NCBI GenBank assembly: GCA_043818655.1
Contig: JBDRFO010000027.1
Coordinates: forward strand, 1 to 38,090
Reading direction: 5' to 3'
DNA from: Chloroflexota bacterium
GTDB taxonomy: Bacteria > Chloroflexota > Dehalococcoidia > Dehalococcoidales > JAZDNC01
Length of the DNA stretch: 38,090 nt
Within the stretch, counting starts at the first letter, position 1. Each line of letters starts with the position of its first letter. The position numbers were made by a program, and so were the translations under genes. The notes beneath the pieces were generated by a model. That model worked only from the letters and a program-made list of their open reading frames with translations, had not been told where the DNA came from and ran no database searches. Below, one piece after another: positions 25,585-34,685 of the stretch.

Positions 25585-26742
25585 CTAGAACTTGAGCATG
25601 CCCAGAAACAACCCGGCGGCGGCGGCGGTGCCGATGAGCCCGGCAACATTAGGCCCCATCGCGTGCATCAGGAGAAAGTTCCTCGGGTTGGCTTGCTGAC
25701 CCATCTTCTGCACAACCCTGGCGGACATGGGTACCGCCGAGACGCCCGCCGCACCAATGAGCGGGTTCATTTTCTCCTTGAGAAACAGGTTCATGAATTT
25801 GACGATAAGGACACCGCTGGCGGTGGCGGAAGCAAAGGAGAAACAACCGATCACAAATATCTTCAGGCTATCCCAGGTCAGAAAGTTAGCCGCACTCATA
25901 AAGCAGCCAACAGACAGCCCCAGCAGGATGATGAGGGTATTCATGAGGGCATTGGCGGCAGTTTCGGAGAGCCGGTCGGTATTGCCGCTCTCCCTGAGCA
26001 GGTTACCCAGCATCAAACAGCCAATGAGCGGCGCCGACTTGGGCACGAGCAGAATGATGATCATCGCGCCAACCACGGGGAAAATAATCTTTTCCCACTT
26101 GGCGACAGGGCGAAGCTGCGGCTTCATGTAAATGGCACGCTCTTTTGCCGTTGTCAGAAGTCTGACAATCGGCGGCTGGATAAGAGGCACCATCGCCATA
26201 TAGGTATAGGCGGTCACGGCTACTGTCCCCAGGATGTGAGGGGCAAGATTTGCCGCAAGATAAATGGTGGTCGGACCATCAGCACCACCGATAATACCGA
26301 TGGTTGCTGCCTCGGGCAGGGTGAATCCAAGGGCAAAAGAAATAAACATAGCTATGTAAACACCGAACTGTGCCGCCGCGCCGGTCAGCAAACTCCTGGG
26401 GTTGGCAATAAGGGGGCCGAAGTCCGTCAGTGCCCCCAACCCCACAAAGATAAGGCACGGAATAATCTCCCCCTGGGAAAGACCGTATTCAAAGATGCGG
26501 GCAACCATCCCTACCGGCTGACCGCCGGGGGTATATGACTCAACCAGTTTCCCGTCAATGATGGTGTCCATGAGACCGCCCATGGGCAGGTTTACCAGAA
26601 TCACACCAAAACCAATAGGCACCAGGAGCAATGGCTCGTATTCCTTGACAATACCGAGATATAAAAGCACACAGCCAATCAGGATCATGACAGCATGCTG
26701 CCATGTCAGGCTGCTAAAGCCAGTCTCAAACAAACCGAACAT
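25585..26742 (-). CDS. Na+-translocating decarboxylase beta subunit (OadB/GcdB/MmdB family)
   Basis: This is a polytopic membrane protein of the OadB family. The ATG is at 26740-26742 after a GGGGGAAGG RBS. The 15-codon upstream extension in the track runs into a PE-A copy. Confidence 0.9.
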   Translation of the reverse strand: MFGLFETGFSSLTWQHAVMILIGCVLLYLGIVKEYEPLLLVPIGFGVILVNLPMGGLMDTIIDGKLVESYTPGGQPVGMVARIFEYGLSQGEIIPCLIFVGLGALTDFGPLIANPRSLLTGAAAQFGVYIAMFISFALGFTLPEAATIGIIGGADGPTTIYLAANLAPHILGTVAVTAYTYMAMVPLIQPPIVRLLTTAKERAIYMKPQLRPVAKWEKIIFPVVGAMIIILLVPKSAPLIGCLMLGNLLRESGNTDRLSETAANALMNTLIILLGLSVGCFMSAANFLTWDSLKIFVIGCFSFASATASGVLIVKFMNLFLKEKMNPLIGAAGVSAVPMSARVVQKMGQQANPRNFLLMHAMGPNVAGLIGTAAAAGLFLGMLKF

Positions 26743-26767
26743 CTTGTGATTTCCTTCCCCCGCACTA

Positions 26768-26840
26768 CCCGGAAACTGATGCGCCAAAACCGGGCAAAAG
26801 ACCTGCCGGGTATCATTACCGTGTGTTCCCGGATGACTTC
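26768..26840. repeat. PE-A element inside the gamma-beta decarboxylase spacer
   Basis: The copy reads cccggaaactgatgcgccaaaaccgggcaaaagacctgccgggtatcattaccgtgtgttcccggatgacttc. Confidence 0.6.
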
Positions 26841-26862
26841 CGAATATAAAGACAGGTTAGAT

Positions 26863-27072
26863 TTATCCACCGGAAACAGCGGCTCTTTTCGGCTCAACCT
26901 GCGTGGCTAACTTTTTATCCCGATCCCCGGCCTTGGCCTGCCTGATGCTGAACCTGGCACCCAGTCTCCCGATGAGCCAGAGTGACAGATATAAAGTAGT
27001 CAGAATAACAAAAACCATACCAAATCCAGTAAGACCGATCTGTAAAGCAAGAGCCCAAGAATTTTCTGGCAT
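26863..27072 (-). CDS. Na+-translocating decarboxylase gamma subunit (OadG-like)
   Basis: The 69-aa product has a single N-terminal TM (LALQIGLTGFGMVFVILTTLYLSLWLIG). It sits directly upstream of the beta subunit. Confidence 0.7.
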   Translation of the reverse strand: MPENSWALALQIGLTGFGMVFVILTTLYLSLWLIGRLGARFSIRQAKAGDRDKKLATQVEPKRAAVSGG

Positions 27073-27148
27073 ATTTTGCTTACTCCCTTCCGCAAGCGTT
27101 ATTTGTTAGTCGGCTTTCACCAATTGCAATACCCTTACAAGAAAAGAG

Positions 27149-27177
27149 ATTATACACATATTCAGACCTGTCGTCAA
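27149..27177 (-). promoter_or_regulatory. sigma70-like promoter of the gamma/beta decarboxylase pair
   Basis: On the minus strand the pattern is TTGACG (27172-27177), a 17-nt spacer, then TATAAT (27149-27154). Confidence 0.5.
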
Positions 27178-27195
27178 CAGGCAAACAGAAATAAT

Positions 27196-27223
27196 GCGGC
27201 ATAATTTACTTAATTTCTGCCGC
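27196..27223 (-). terminator. hairpin directly after the nth-like stop codon
   Basis: On the minus strand, GCGGCA-N16-TGCCGC is followed by ATTATTTCTGTTT. Confidence 0.4.
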
Positions 27224-27930
27224 TATCTATCGGACCAATCCTGATTTGCCCGATGGCAGCAGATATGCGCAAGAGGGCATTTAAGACACAGAGGCTGTTT
27301 ACGACAGGCTTCTTTGGCAAGACGGACAAGCAGGGCATGGTACTCATTGAACAACCCGGTACTCTGGGGCAGGTTGCCCATGAAAAGAGACTGGTACCGG
27401 GCGTAGCTACTATCTCCTCCTGTCAGACCAAGACGGTTTATGATACGGCGCGTGTAGGCATCAATCACAAAAACAGGTCTGTCAAGAGCGTAGAGCAAAA
27501 TCGAGTCGGCGGTTTCTTCGCCGATGCCGTAGAGGGATAAAAGCTGCTCCCTCAGGGATACCGTATCCAGACCGGTTAGTTCATTCAGGTCGTCGGCACA
27601 GGATTTCTCCAGCCACGCAACAAGGCATTTCAGTTTGCGTGCTTTGGCGTTATAATAGCCGCAGGGGCGGATATGGGTAGCCAGTTCCGTCACATCAAGG
27701 CGACGGATGGATGCTGCTGACAGCGCCCCCGCATCTTTGAGGGCAGCAATCGCCCGCACCACGTTTCGCCAGGCACAGGACTGCGTGAGGATTGCGCCCA
27801 CAATCACCTCAAAAGGCGCATCGGCAGGCCACCAGTGCTGCGGCCCGTAGCACGCAAAAAGTCTCCGGTAAATATCATCCAAGAGACCAGCCAGCTTCCG
27901 GTCAAACGCAGTGGCTTCAACATCTCTCAT
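27223..27930 (-). CDS. endonuclease III-related HhH-GPD base-excision repair protein with 4Fe-4S loop
   Basis: The HhH region is LLSLYGIGEETADSILLYAL, followed by VIDAYTRRI. The C-terminal Cys cluster is CRKQPLCLKCPLAHICC. Confidence 0.85.
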   Translation of the reverse strand: MRDVEATAFDRKLAGLLDDIYRRLFACYGPQHWWPADAPFEVIVGAILTQSCAWRNVVRAIAALKDAGALSAASIRRLDVTELATHIRPCGYYNAKARKLKCLVAWLEKSCADDLNELTGLDTVSLREQLLSLYGIGEETADSILLYALDRPVFVIDAYTRRIINRLGLTGGDSSYARYQSLFMGNLPQSTGLFNEYHALLVRLAKEACRKQPLCLKCPLAHICCHRANQDWSDR

Positions 27931-28233
27931 CGGAACCCGCCGGTTTATTTTCTACTTCAGCAGTCACCAAAAGCAAACTCCCCGAAAAATGCAGTATCGC
28001 ACTAATATTAAAGCATTCTGCCCGTGCACGGCAAAACCTTTTTTGCCCGCGCACCGGAGAACCATAGTATTTTGAAAAGGGACTGTTTCCGTAATCAGGA
28101 TTTTACGTCCTTCAGTTCGCAGCGTTACCTAATACTTCTATCTCTCAAATTAGTGTATAATTCGGCATAAAACAGGCTGTAACCGAAAAATGATGCGAAG
28201 GTTAATCAGATAAAAAAGGGGGGACGAAACAGT

Positions 28234-28644
28234 ATGGAGGTCAGCAAGAATATCATCGGAAGCAACTGGGAATTCCATCACGTTGGGGTCATCGTCCCTG
28301 ACATGGACGAGGCGGTCAGGTACTACGAATCACTGGGGATATTTACCTTCCAGCCCGAATTCGGGTCACGGCTCAGGTTTGCCCAGGTCGGCGCCCACCG
28401 GATTGAGCTAATCTCCCCCACCCAGGGTCAGCCGATTTTCCAGGAGTTCCTCGATGCAAAAGGCGGCGGCATGCATCACATCGCCTTTACGGTGGATAAC
28501 CTGGATGCCGAAACGGCAAAGCTTGCGGCAAAAGACATTCCGGTGATTACCAGCCGAAGACGCCCGGAAGGCGGCGGGATTGCCTTCTTTGACATCCGCA
28601 AATACGGCGGTGTCATTATTGAGCTGATGCAGCCAGCAAAATAG
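28234..28644 (+). CDS. VOC/glyoxalase-family protein (methylmalonyl-CoA epimerase-like)
   Basis: The motifs FHHVGVIVPDMDEAVRYYESLG, ..IELISP.., and ..GGGMHHIAFTV are present. Assigning epimerase specificity is an inference. Confidence 0.75.
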   Translation: MEVSKNIIGSNWEFHHVGVIVPDMDEAVRYYESLGIFTFQPEFGSRLRFAQVGAHRIELISPTQGQPIFQEFLDAKGGGMHHIAFTVDNLDAETAKLAAKDIPVITSRRRPEGGGIAFFDIRKYGGVIIELMQPAK

Positions 28645-28869
28645 CGTGACGGTCGGCAACATCCCGGCCTGTCACCGTTTGCTCACTTACAGGCTGTCCA
28701 CATACGGTTTTGCTGGTTCTGCGCAATCATGGTTGTTAAGCTAGTTTTTACCATCTCAAGTTCATGTAAAACAACCTTACTTGGGCAAAAGGGTTGTGCC
28801 AGATTGCTCATCATCACCTGCCCTGAAGTCATTATACTTATGAAAACTGGTCATTAGAGGGAGGAAGTC

Positions 28870-29889
28870 ATGACAACCGGATGGGGTATCATTGGAATCG
28901 GGCATCACGCCAACCGTTTTATGGCACCGGCACTGGGCCGCGCTGCCGAGACGAAGCTGGTTGCGGTTTGCAGCCGCAGCAGGGAGCGGGCACAGGACTT
29001 TGCCGCAAGGCATCACGCCAGCCGGTCTTACGATTCGCTTGAGAAAATGCTGGCGGACCCGGAGCTTGACGTTTTATATGTCGCCACACCGAACAATCTT
29101 CATGCGGAACAGGTGGTCATGGCCGCCAGAGCCGGCAAGCACGTGTTCTGCGAAAAACCGATGGCACTCAACACCGCCGAATGCGAGCTCATGATTAAGA
29201 CCTGCAACGATAATAAGGTAAAGCTGGGGCTTGATTTCCAGAACCGGTATCACCCGGCGCATGTTGAGGCACGCCAGTACATCCAGTCCGGGGAGGCCGG
29301 TGAAATATCAGTGGTCAAGGCACAGTACTGCCATGGCCGTGCCCGCAATGTGACAATGAGCGCCAGCTGGCGACGTGACCCGGCAATTGCCGGGGCGGGT
29401 GCCCTTGTCGGCACCGGCGTGCATCCGATTGACCTGCTGCGTTTCCTGCTGGGGAGTGAAATTGATGAGGTGCGTGCTTTGACGGATGAAGAGCCGCCGG
29501 CGCGCCCGGTTGATGATATGACCTATGCCATCCTTACTTTCCAGAACGGGGTTACCGGTGTTGTTATCTCCGGTGTGCTGGCGCCCCGCTCCGATGATGA
29601 TGCCGTCATCTACGGGAGCAAAATGAAAATCACCTGCCGGGGAACCGTGGGAATGCCGCTCCGCGGGGAGCTTATCGTGGAGGGTGACACGGTCAACATG
29701 AGAAAGACCTTCCCCGATGCCGACCCTTTGCCGGTACTTTACATTAAGGCAGTTGAAGCCTTTAACAAATGTATTGCGGAAGACACCACGCCACCAAGCT
29801 CCGGATACGACGGGCTGGAGATGGTCAGGGTGGTGGACGCCATCCTGGAGTCCAGCCGCAAGGGCAAAGCGGTGAAAATGGTGAGATAG
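28870..29889 (+). CDS. Gfo/Idh/MocA-family oxidoreductase
   Basis: The N-terminal Rossmann region is WGIIGIGHHANRF, followed by EKP (VFCEKPMA). A GAGGGAGG RBS lies upstream. Confidence 0.9.
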   Translation: MTTGWGIIGIGHHANRFMAPALGRAAETKLVAVCSRSRERAQDFAARHHASRSYDSLEKMLADPELDVLYVATPNNLHAEQVVMAARAGKHVFCEKPMALNTAECELMIKTCNDNKVKLGLDFQNRYHPAHVEARQYIQSGEAGEISVVKAQYCHGRARNVTMSASWRRDPAIAGAGALVGTGVHPIDLLRFLLGSEIDEVRALTDEEPPARPVDDMTYAILTFQNGVTGVVISGVLAPRSDDDAVIYGSKMKITCRGTVGMPLRGELIVEGDTVNMRKTFPDADPLPVLYIKAVEAFNKCIAEDTTPPSSGYDGLEMVRVVDAILESSRKGKAVKMVR

Positions 29890-29999
29890 CGCCAGCGGGC
29901 TAGTGGAGTGTCTCAAAGGCAGCTTTACAATGGGCGCCCTTAGACTCATTATCAAGATATTCCTGTTACATAACACTAGCTGCTGCAACCTGCTGATAG

Positions 30000-30060
30000 C
30001 TACAAGCTATCCAAGAACTGATTTCCCTGAATCTCAGCATATTGAGTTCCTGGACACTCC
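30000..30060 (+). repeat. PE-A element, short (centre-deleted) copy
   Basis: The copy reads ctacaagctatccaagaactgatttccctgaatctcagcatattgagttcctggacactcc. Confidence 0.6.
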
Positions 30061-30198
30061 GCAACATGATTTTTCATCCTTTATGGATGAACGCTTTACC
30101 TCATATTGTGTGACACCTCCGCCACATCAAGGGAGGCAAATTCGGGAAAAGCCCCCCTTTTCGCACGCCTGCTTACAGTCAAGGAGGCTAATTTGCCC

Positions 30199-30771
30199 CT
30201 ACCACTCCCTGGGCTTGCAGAGGATCTCTTTTACCTTCAGGTCAAAGATATTCTGCGAGTTAACAGGACGGACAACAATCGCCGTATCAGCACCGCTCCT
30301 GGTACCGCCGACAGCGATAACATCCTCGTCCGTTGGCGCCAGCCCGGCATCGGCAGCCATGACCGAACACTCAACAGCAACCTTTACCCCCGTGCTTATC
30401 ATCCGGAGGGTGGAAGCAACAATCTCGCTGCTGATGACATTGCTGAACTTCTTGCGCATGGCGGCGCTCATCCCGGCAAAAAGATGGGTCGCCACGAGCA
30501 CGGTTGCCTTGCTCTTGATGAGCCGCTCGTCGCCCTGTGAAAAGGTCTCGGCGAGATTCTCCGTCGTCGGGCTGTAAAAACCGGCGATAATCACAATCTT
30601 CATGCCGTCAAGCAGTCTTACTGCCCGGTCTGCCGTAAAACCGTGATAAGAAGCGATAACCGCCGTCCTGATACCCAGTTCCGAGGCACGCTTCCTGACA
30701 ATCTCCAGAACGGCATCCGTATTCTCTTTACCCGGTTTCTCAAAATAGACAATTCTGGCTTCCATTTTCAA
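30199..30771 (-). CDS. uncharacterised protein resembling the stand-alone pyruvate-kinase C-terminal (alpha/beta) domain family (COG1751-like)
   Basis: The 190-aa product contains YFEKPGKENTDAVLEIVRKRASELGIRTAVIAS and ...VIAVGGTRSGADTAIVV. The family assignment is from memory of archaeal homologues. Confidence 0.5.
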   Translation of the reverse strand: MKMEARIVYFEKPGKENTDAVLEIVRKRASELGIRTAVIASYHGFTADRAVRLLDGMKIVIIAGFYSPTTENLAETFSQGDERLIKSKATVLVATHLFAGMSAAMRKKFSNVISSEIVASTLRMISTGVKVAVECSVMAADAGLAPTDEDVIAVGGTRSGADTAIVVRPVNSQNIFDLKVKEILCKPREW

Positions 30772-30928
30772 AACTCCTTTCAGGAATTATTAACATATCA
30801 TCCCGGATAATGATTCCCCGAAGCTGATGATGGTACTTGCCCGGCATCACCACACCGGGTGCCCAAATGATTTCCGGCTGCAGTTGAAATGATAAACGGA
30901 AATGAGCGCTTCGTCAACAATACTCACA

Positions 30929-30956
30929 TGAAAAGGGGGTAGTCATCTACCCCCTT
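30929..30956 (-). terminator. Rho-independent terminator after the THEP1-like NTPase gene
   Basis: On the minus strand a 10-bp stem, AAGGGGGTAG-atga-CTACCCCCTT, is followed by TTTTCATG. It begins 8 nt after the stop. Confidence 0.6.
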
Positions 30957-30963
30957 CATTTTC

Positions 30964-31488
30964 TCAAGCCTGGGGGGCTTTCAGCCAGCCCCGTATCTCC
31001 TCAAGCACCCGCCGGTTGTTTGTCCGTGTCACCGGCAGCAGGTCTACCTCAGGTCTTCTTTTCAGGGCATCCGCCCAGACGTGCGGACTCAGCATGACGG
31101 CACCCAAAACCTTCCGGTCACTATCCAGGGCACGAAGCACTGCCTCTTTGAAGCTGTCGGAGAAAAGCTCCATTTTACCGATTTCATCAATGACGATGAG
31201 GTCACACCCGTCAACGGCGCGCAGCACGGCGGTCACCCCCAGATGCTCCAGGGCATCAAGGTCAACACCATACCTGCCGACACGGTGCGGACTTTTAATC
31301 TTGATGTGAGCAAGCGTGCCGCTCTCACCATCCAGGGTTACCAGACGGAAACCAAGCCTCGTTCCCTGACTCCTTATTTCTTCAGTGTAAAATCCGCCGG
31401 CATTTCCGGCAAATTCACCCGCCACCGTTTTGATCAGGCTGGTTTTCCCTGTTCCCGGCTGTCCGGTAAGGAGACAGATGCGTTTCAT
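30964..31488 (-). CDS. THEP1/COG1618-type nucleoside-triphosphatase
   Basis: The Walker A region is LLTGQPGTGKTS, followed by GFYTEEIR..G.R.GF.. and Walker B region LIVIDEIGKME. Confidence 0.85.
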   Translation of the reverse strand: MKRICLLTGQPGTGKTSLIKTVAGEFAGNAGGFYTEEIRSQGTRLGFRLVTLDGESGTLAHIKIKSPHRVGRYGVDLDALEHLGVTAVLRAVDGCDLIVIDEIGKMELFSDSFKEAVLRALDSDRKVLGAVMLSPHVWADALKRRPEVDLLPVTRTNNRRVLEEIRGWLKAPQA

Positions 31489-31498
31489 GGCTTCTGAA

Positions 31499-31609
31499 TC
31501 ACACCTGCCTGGCGGCTTTGGGCTGGGATTGCAGTTGTTTTCTTTTCTCTTCCAGCTTCTTTGCCTGTCTGCGGTGCTTGATGTCAGCGACCTTTTTCTT
31601 CTTGTTCAT
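31499..31609 (-). CDS. possible 36-aa highly basic peptide (MNKKKKVADIKHRRQAKKLEEKRKQLQSQPKAARQV)
   Basis: An ATG at 31607-31609 opens a frame that ends 10 nt before the NTPase ATG. No clear SD is present. The ORF is below the track threshold. Confidence 0.25.
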   Translation of the reverse strand: MNKKKKVADIKHRRQAKKLEEKRKQLQSQPKAARQV

Positions 31610-31679
31610 AGCCAAAGTATAGCGCAAAGCGCTGCAATCTACCACCAAACCAGTTTATGAATCACGAACACTGCCGGGG

Positions 31680-31761
31680 TTCTTCTGGAAACCCAATATC
31701 TCATAAGACGGAGCACATTTCATGCCCGGATACGGAAATATCGTTTCTGGATAGCTTGTAG
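31680..31761 (-). repeat. PE-A element abutting the stop codon of the MetE-like gene
   Basis: The copy reads ttcttctggaaacccaatatctcataagacggagcacatttcatgcccggatacggaaatatcgtttctggatagcttgtag. Confidence 0.7.
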
Positions 31762-31762
31762 C

Positions 31763-32797
31763 TCAGAGATAGATGCTGCGCAGCCTTGATGACAGCGCTG
31801 AGAGCTTTTCCAGGGCATCGGATGCTGCCGCCTCGCTCAGTGTTGCCAGACCGCAGCACGGGGTGATCAGTGACTGCGCGATCAGCTGCCTGAAAGGGAT
31901 GCCGTTTCTGGTAAATGGGGCGATGGTCTCCTCCAGCCGGTCTTTTAAACTAGCGACCGTCTCTTTCTGCAGCAGTTCACTGGTGTTGGGAACAATCCCC
32001 CAGGCGATAACACCACCCCTCCCGATGAAGCTCTTGACCTCGGATGGATACAGGCTGAGCGATGCCCCGTAGCTATAGGCATCAACACTCAAGATGTCAA
32101 TGCTGCTGGCAAGAAGCAATGACCAGTCGGTATTACCACAGCAGTGTACCCCCTTCAAGTTGACAATCACGGAAAGAACCTCCTGCAAGAGGCTCAGGAC
32201 CTTCTCACGGGAAAGCGAAACATAAGCCGAGCCGAAAGAAGCCATGTACGGCTCATCCAGAAAGATGATGGTATTGCGGGAGAGTCCTGCCAGCTCATGT
32301 TCCTGCCAGGCAGCTTTAAGACGCAGGATTTTTACCCCGAGATCAGAGAGGACATCATCATAGATGATGGGCTTGCCGTCCCGGTCGCTAACCGTCAGCC
32401 CGAAGCTTACCGGCCCGGTTATCTGCCCCTTTACCGCCAGGGGTGAGAGATTTGTCTGCTGTAAAAAGGCATGCAGACCGGCGGCATATTCCAGGCTGAC
32501 AGGATAACTATTAATGTCATTGTCCAGATAGGACTGGTAGAGCTTCTCGGTTTCTTTATCGGCACTGGGGGCATAGGCATCAATCGAAAGATGGTCATCG
32601 GAAATGACCGCACCGGGCAGTCCTTCGCTGAACTGGATATACATATACATATTCTCAAGGGACGAACGCTGCGGCAGCTGGGGCCAGCAGGGAATGTCCT
32701 TAAGAAAACGGTTTATTAAAGCACAGGCTGATGCCGGATCAGTATGGGGCATACTGCCAATAATCGTGGGTAAACAACCGGGCTGGATTCCTTGCAT
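31763..32797 (-). CDS. short MetE-like (CIMS/URO-D-fold) Zn-dependent methyltransferase, probable methionine synthase
   Basis: LPTIIGSMPHT resembles MetE TTTIGSFPQT. The Zn-ligand motifs are VHCCGN and TPCCGL. The ATG is at 32795-32797, 7 nt after GGAGGT. The 48-codon extension in the track overlaps a PE-A repeat. Confidence 0.7.
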   Translation of the reverse strand: MQGIQPGCLPTIIGSMPHTDPASACALINRFLKDIPCWPQLPQRSSLENMYMYIQFSEGLPGAVISDDHLSIDAYAPSADKETEKLYQSYLDNDINSYPVSLEYAAGLHAFLQQTNLSPLAVKGQITGPVSFGLTVSDRDGKPIIYDDVLSDLGVKILRLKAAWQEHELAGLSRNTIIFLDEPYMASFGSAYVSLSREKVLSLLQEVLSVIVNLKGVHCCGNTDWSLLLASSIDILSVDAYSYGASLSLYPSEVKSFIGRGGVIAWGIVPNTSELLQKETVASLKDRLEETIAPFTRNGIPFRQLIAQSLITPCCGLATLSEAAASDALEKLSALSSRLRSIYL

Positions 32798-32854
32798 ACG
32801 ATTTACCTCCCAACGACATTCTTTACCAGAGGCATTTACCCCTTCAGTAATAAA

Positions 32855-32939
32855 CTTAGAAGCCATCCAGAAACAGATTCTCCACCGCTGATAAAGACAG
32901 GTGCCCTGTCTTACGATGCCGGGTTTCCGGATGAATTCC
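32855..32939 (+). repeat. PE-A element
   Basis: The copy reads cttagaagccatccagaaacagattctccaccgctgataaagacaggtgccctgtcttacgatgccgggtttccggatgaattcc. Confidence 0.7.
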
Positions 32940-33106
32940 AACCCTCATTATAGTATATGCGGTAAAAGGACACAAAAGGATACAGGGAAACGGCTGATTT
33001 TGCCCAGGTGGTTGAAGCAGGGTAAAATCATGTATAATTGGTCATTCAAGAATAGTGAATGCTATCATTGGGAAGATTGCGGCAAAATAGTACCAGCATA
33101 AAGTAT

Positions 33107-33135
33107 TTGAAAGAGGCGAGATTCTTCGCTACAAT
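33107..33135 (+). promoter_or_regulatory. sigma70-like promoter of ahcY-metK (about 160-nt leader)
   Basis: The pattern is TTGAAA (33107-33112), a 17-nt spacer, then TACAAT (33130-33135). Confidence 0.5.
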
Positions 33136-33302
33136 GACCTGTTAAAAGAGGTATCAACCTGTGTGACAGAAATACTGCCGGCAAAAATTATCCTCCCTTC
33201 CCTGGTAACGGCACAAAAAGGGTGGGGGGTAGAGGGCAGGTTGCCCTATAAAAATGAAAAATCTTGTGATGGTTAAACCAACCAGACATTAAGGAGTTGC
33301 TT

Positions 33303-34568
33303 GTGACGTTAACAAAAAACTATGACATTAAAGATTTGAAGTTAGCCGGGGCGGGAAGACTGAGGATAGAATGGGCAGCACGTGAAATGCCCGTTGTCAA
33401 AATGATAAGAGAGCGGTTTGAAAAAGAAAAACCGCTTCAGGATATCCGCATCTCCGGCTGTCTTCATATTACCTCAGAGACAGCCAACCTGGCTTTAACC
33501 TTAAAGGCAGGCGGGGCTGATGTCGTCATGTGCGCCTCGAATCCGCTGAGCACTCAGGACGATGTTGCCGCCGCTCTGGTGGAATACGGAATCCCAATTT
33601 GCGCCATCAAGGGAGAGGATAACGATACCTACTACAAGCACATCAACATGGCACTGGATCATAAACCCATGATCACCATGGATGACGGGGCAGACCTGGT
33701 GAGCACCCTCCACGCCAAAAGAACCGATCTCATCGAGGGGGTTAAAGGCGGTACCGAAGAGACCACGACCGGCGTTATCCGGCTGAGGAGCATGGAGCAG
33801 GCGGGCAAACTGAGGTATCCGGTTATTGCCGTGAACGACGCCCAGACCAAATACCTCTTTGATAACCGCTACGGCACCGGCCAGAGCACCATCGACGGCA
33901 TTATTCGCGCCACCAACATACTGTGGGCCGGGAAGAAAGTGGTGGTCTGCGGCTACGGATGGTGCAGTCACGGTATCGCGCTCAGGGCGAAAGGACTGGG
34001 TGCGAACGTAATCGTCACTGAGGTAAAGCCTGTCCGCGCCCTTGAGGCGGTCATGGACGGCTTCCGTGTTATGCCTTTAATCGAGGCGGCGCCGCAGGGT
34101 GATATTTTCGTTACCGCCACCGGGGACATTAACGTCATCAACCGGGCGCATCTGGAGGTAATGAAAGACGGCGCCATCATGGCTAACTCCGGACATTTTA
34201 ATGTTGAGATTAACATCCCAGCCCTGGAAGCAATGTCCGTGAGCAAGCGACGCATCCGCAGCTATATTGATGAGTATACCTTAAAGGATGGCCGCCACCT
34301 CTTCCTGCTTGGTGACGGCAGGCTGATTAACCTTGCCGCTGCCGAAGGACACCCCGCCAGCGTCATGGATATGAGTTTTGCCAACCAGTCTTTAAGTGTG
34401 GAGCACCTGGTAAAACACGGCGATACCCTGAAGGCAAAAGTGTACGCCGTCCCAGAGGATATTGATCAAAGGGTTGCCTCCTTGAAACTCAGCTCCATGG
34501 GCGTTAACATCGATACCCTGACGCCAGAGCAGGGGAAATACCTCTCAAGCTGGGAGCAGGGGACATAA
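33303..34568 (+). CDS. ahcY: adenosylhomocysteinase
   Basis: The product contains [24 protein letters not shown] and the NAD-binding GYGWCSHG. The GTG at 33303 lies 6 nt after AAGGAG. The TTG at 33297 abuts the SD and is unlikely to be the start. Confidence 0.96.
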   Translation: MTLTKNYDIKDLKLAGAGRLRIEWAAREMPVVKMIRERFEKEKPLQDIRISGCLHITSETANLALTLKAGGADVVMCASNPLSTQDDVAAALVEYGIPICAIKGEDNDTYYKHINMALDHKPMITMDDGADLVSTLHAKRTDLIEGVKGGTEETTTGVIRLRSMEQAGKLRYPVIAVNDAQTKYLFDNRYGTGQSTIDGIIRATNILWAGKKVVVCGYGWCSHGIALRAKGLGANVIVTEVKPVRALEAVMDGFRVMPLIEAAPQGDIFVTATGDINVINRAHLEVMKDGAIMANSGHFNVEINIPALEAMSVSKRRIRSYIDEYTLKDGRHLFLLGDGRLINLAAAEGHPASVMDMSFANQSLSVEHLVKHGDTLKAKVYAVPEDIDQRVASLKLSSMGVNIDTLTPEQGKYLSSWEQGT

Positions 34569-34685
34569 CATAAATAAAATATACTGATGCGAAAATCTAC
34601 CAGCAAATCTGGTAATGTCAGGATTCCATTAAAAAGGGATAAGTTGTTTTTCCATGGGAAAACTTAAAAATAAAGGGGAGGATAA

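Noticed and set aside
25663-26538. 291-aa ORF antisense to the decarboxylase beta subunit, and analogous long antisense ORFs at 24037-24825 (radA), 16287-16988 (pyrG), 29308-29988 (Gfo/Idh/MocA), 35139-35816 (metK) and 29903-30577 (PK_C-like)
   Set aside because: I checked the first five (oadB, radA, pyrG, Gfo/Idh/MocA, metK), and all are in phase with the sense codons, so each offset is a multiple of 3. They are therefore explained by codon bias rather than by overlapping genes.
177-32939. Whether the recurrent intergenic repeats constitute a CRISPR array
   Set aside because: The copies are dispersed one per spacer between genes, occur in both orientations, and are internally palindromic, with no regular repeat-spacer periodicity. 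No cas genes are present.
34569-34685. SAM riboswitch in front of metK
   Set aside because: The spacer is only 117 nt. It contains one TACCAG/CTGGTA hairpin but none of the conserved SAM-I/II/IV cores I can recognise. metK is probably co-transcribed with ahcY.
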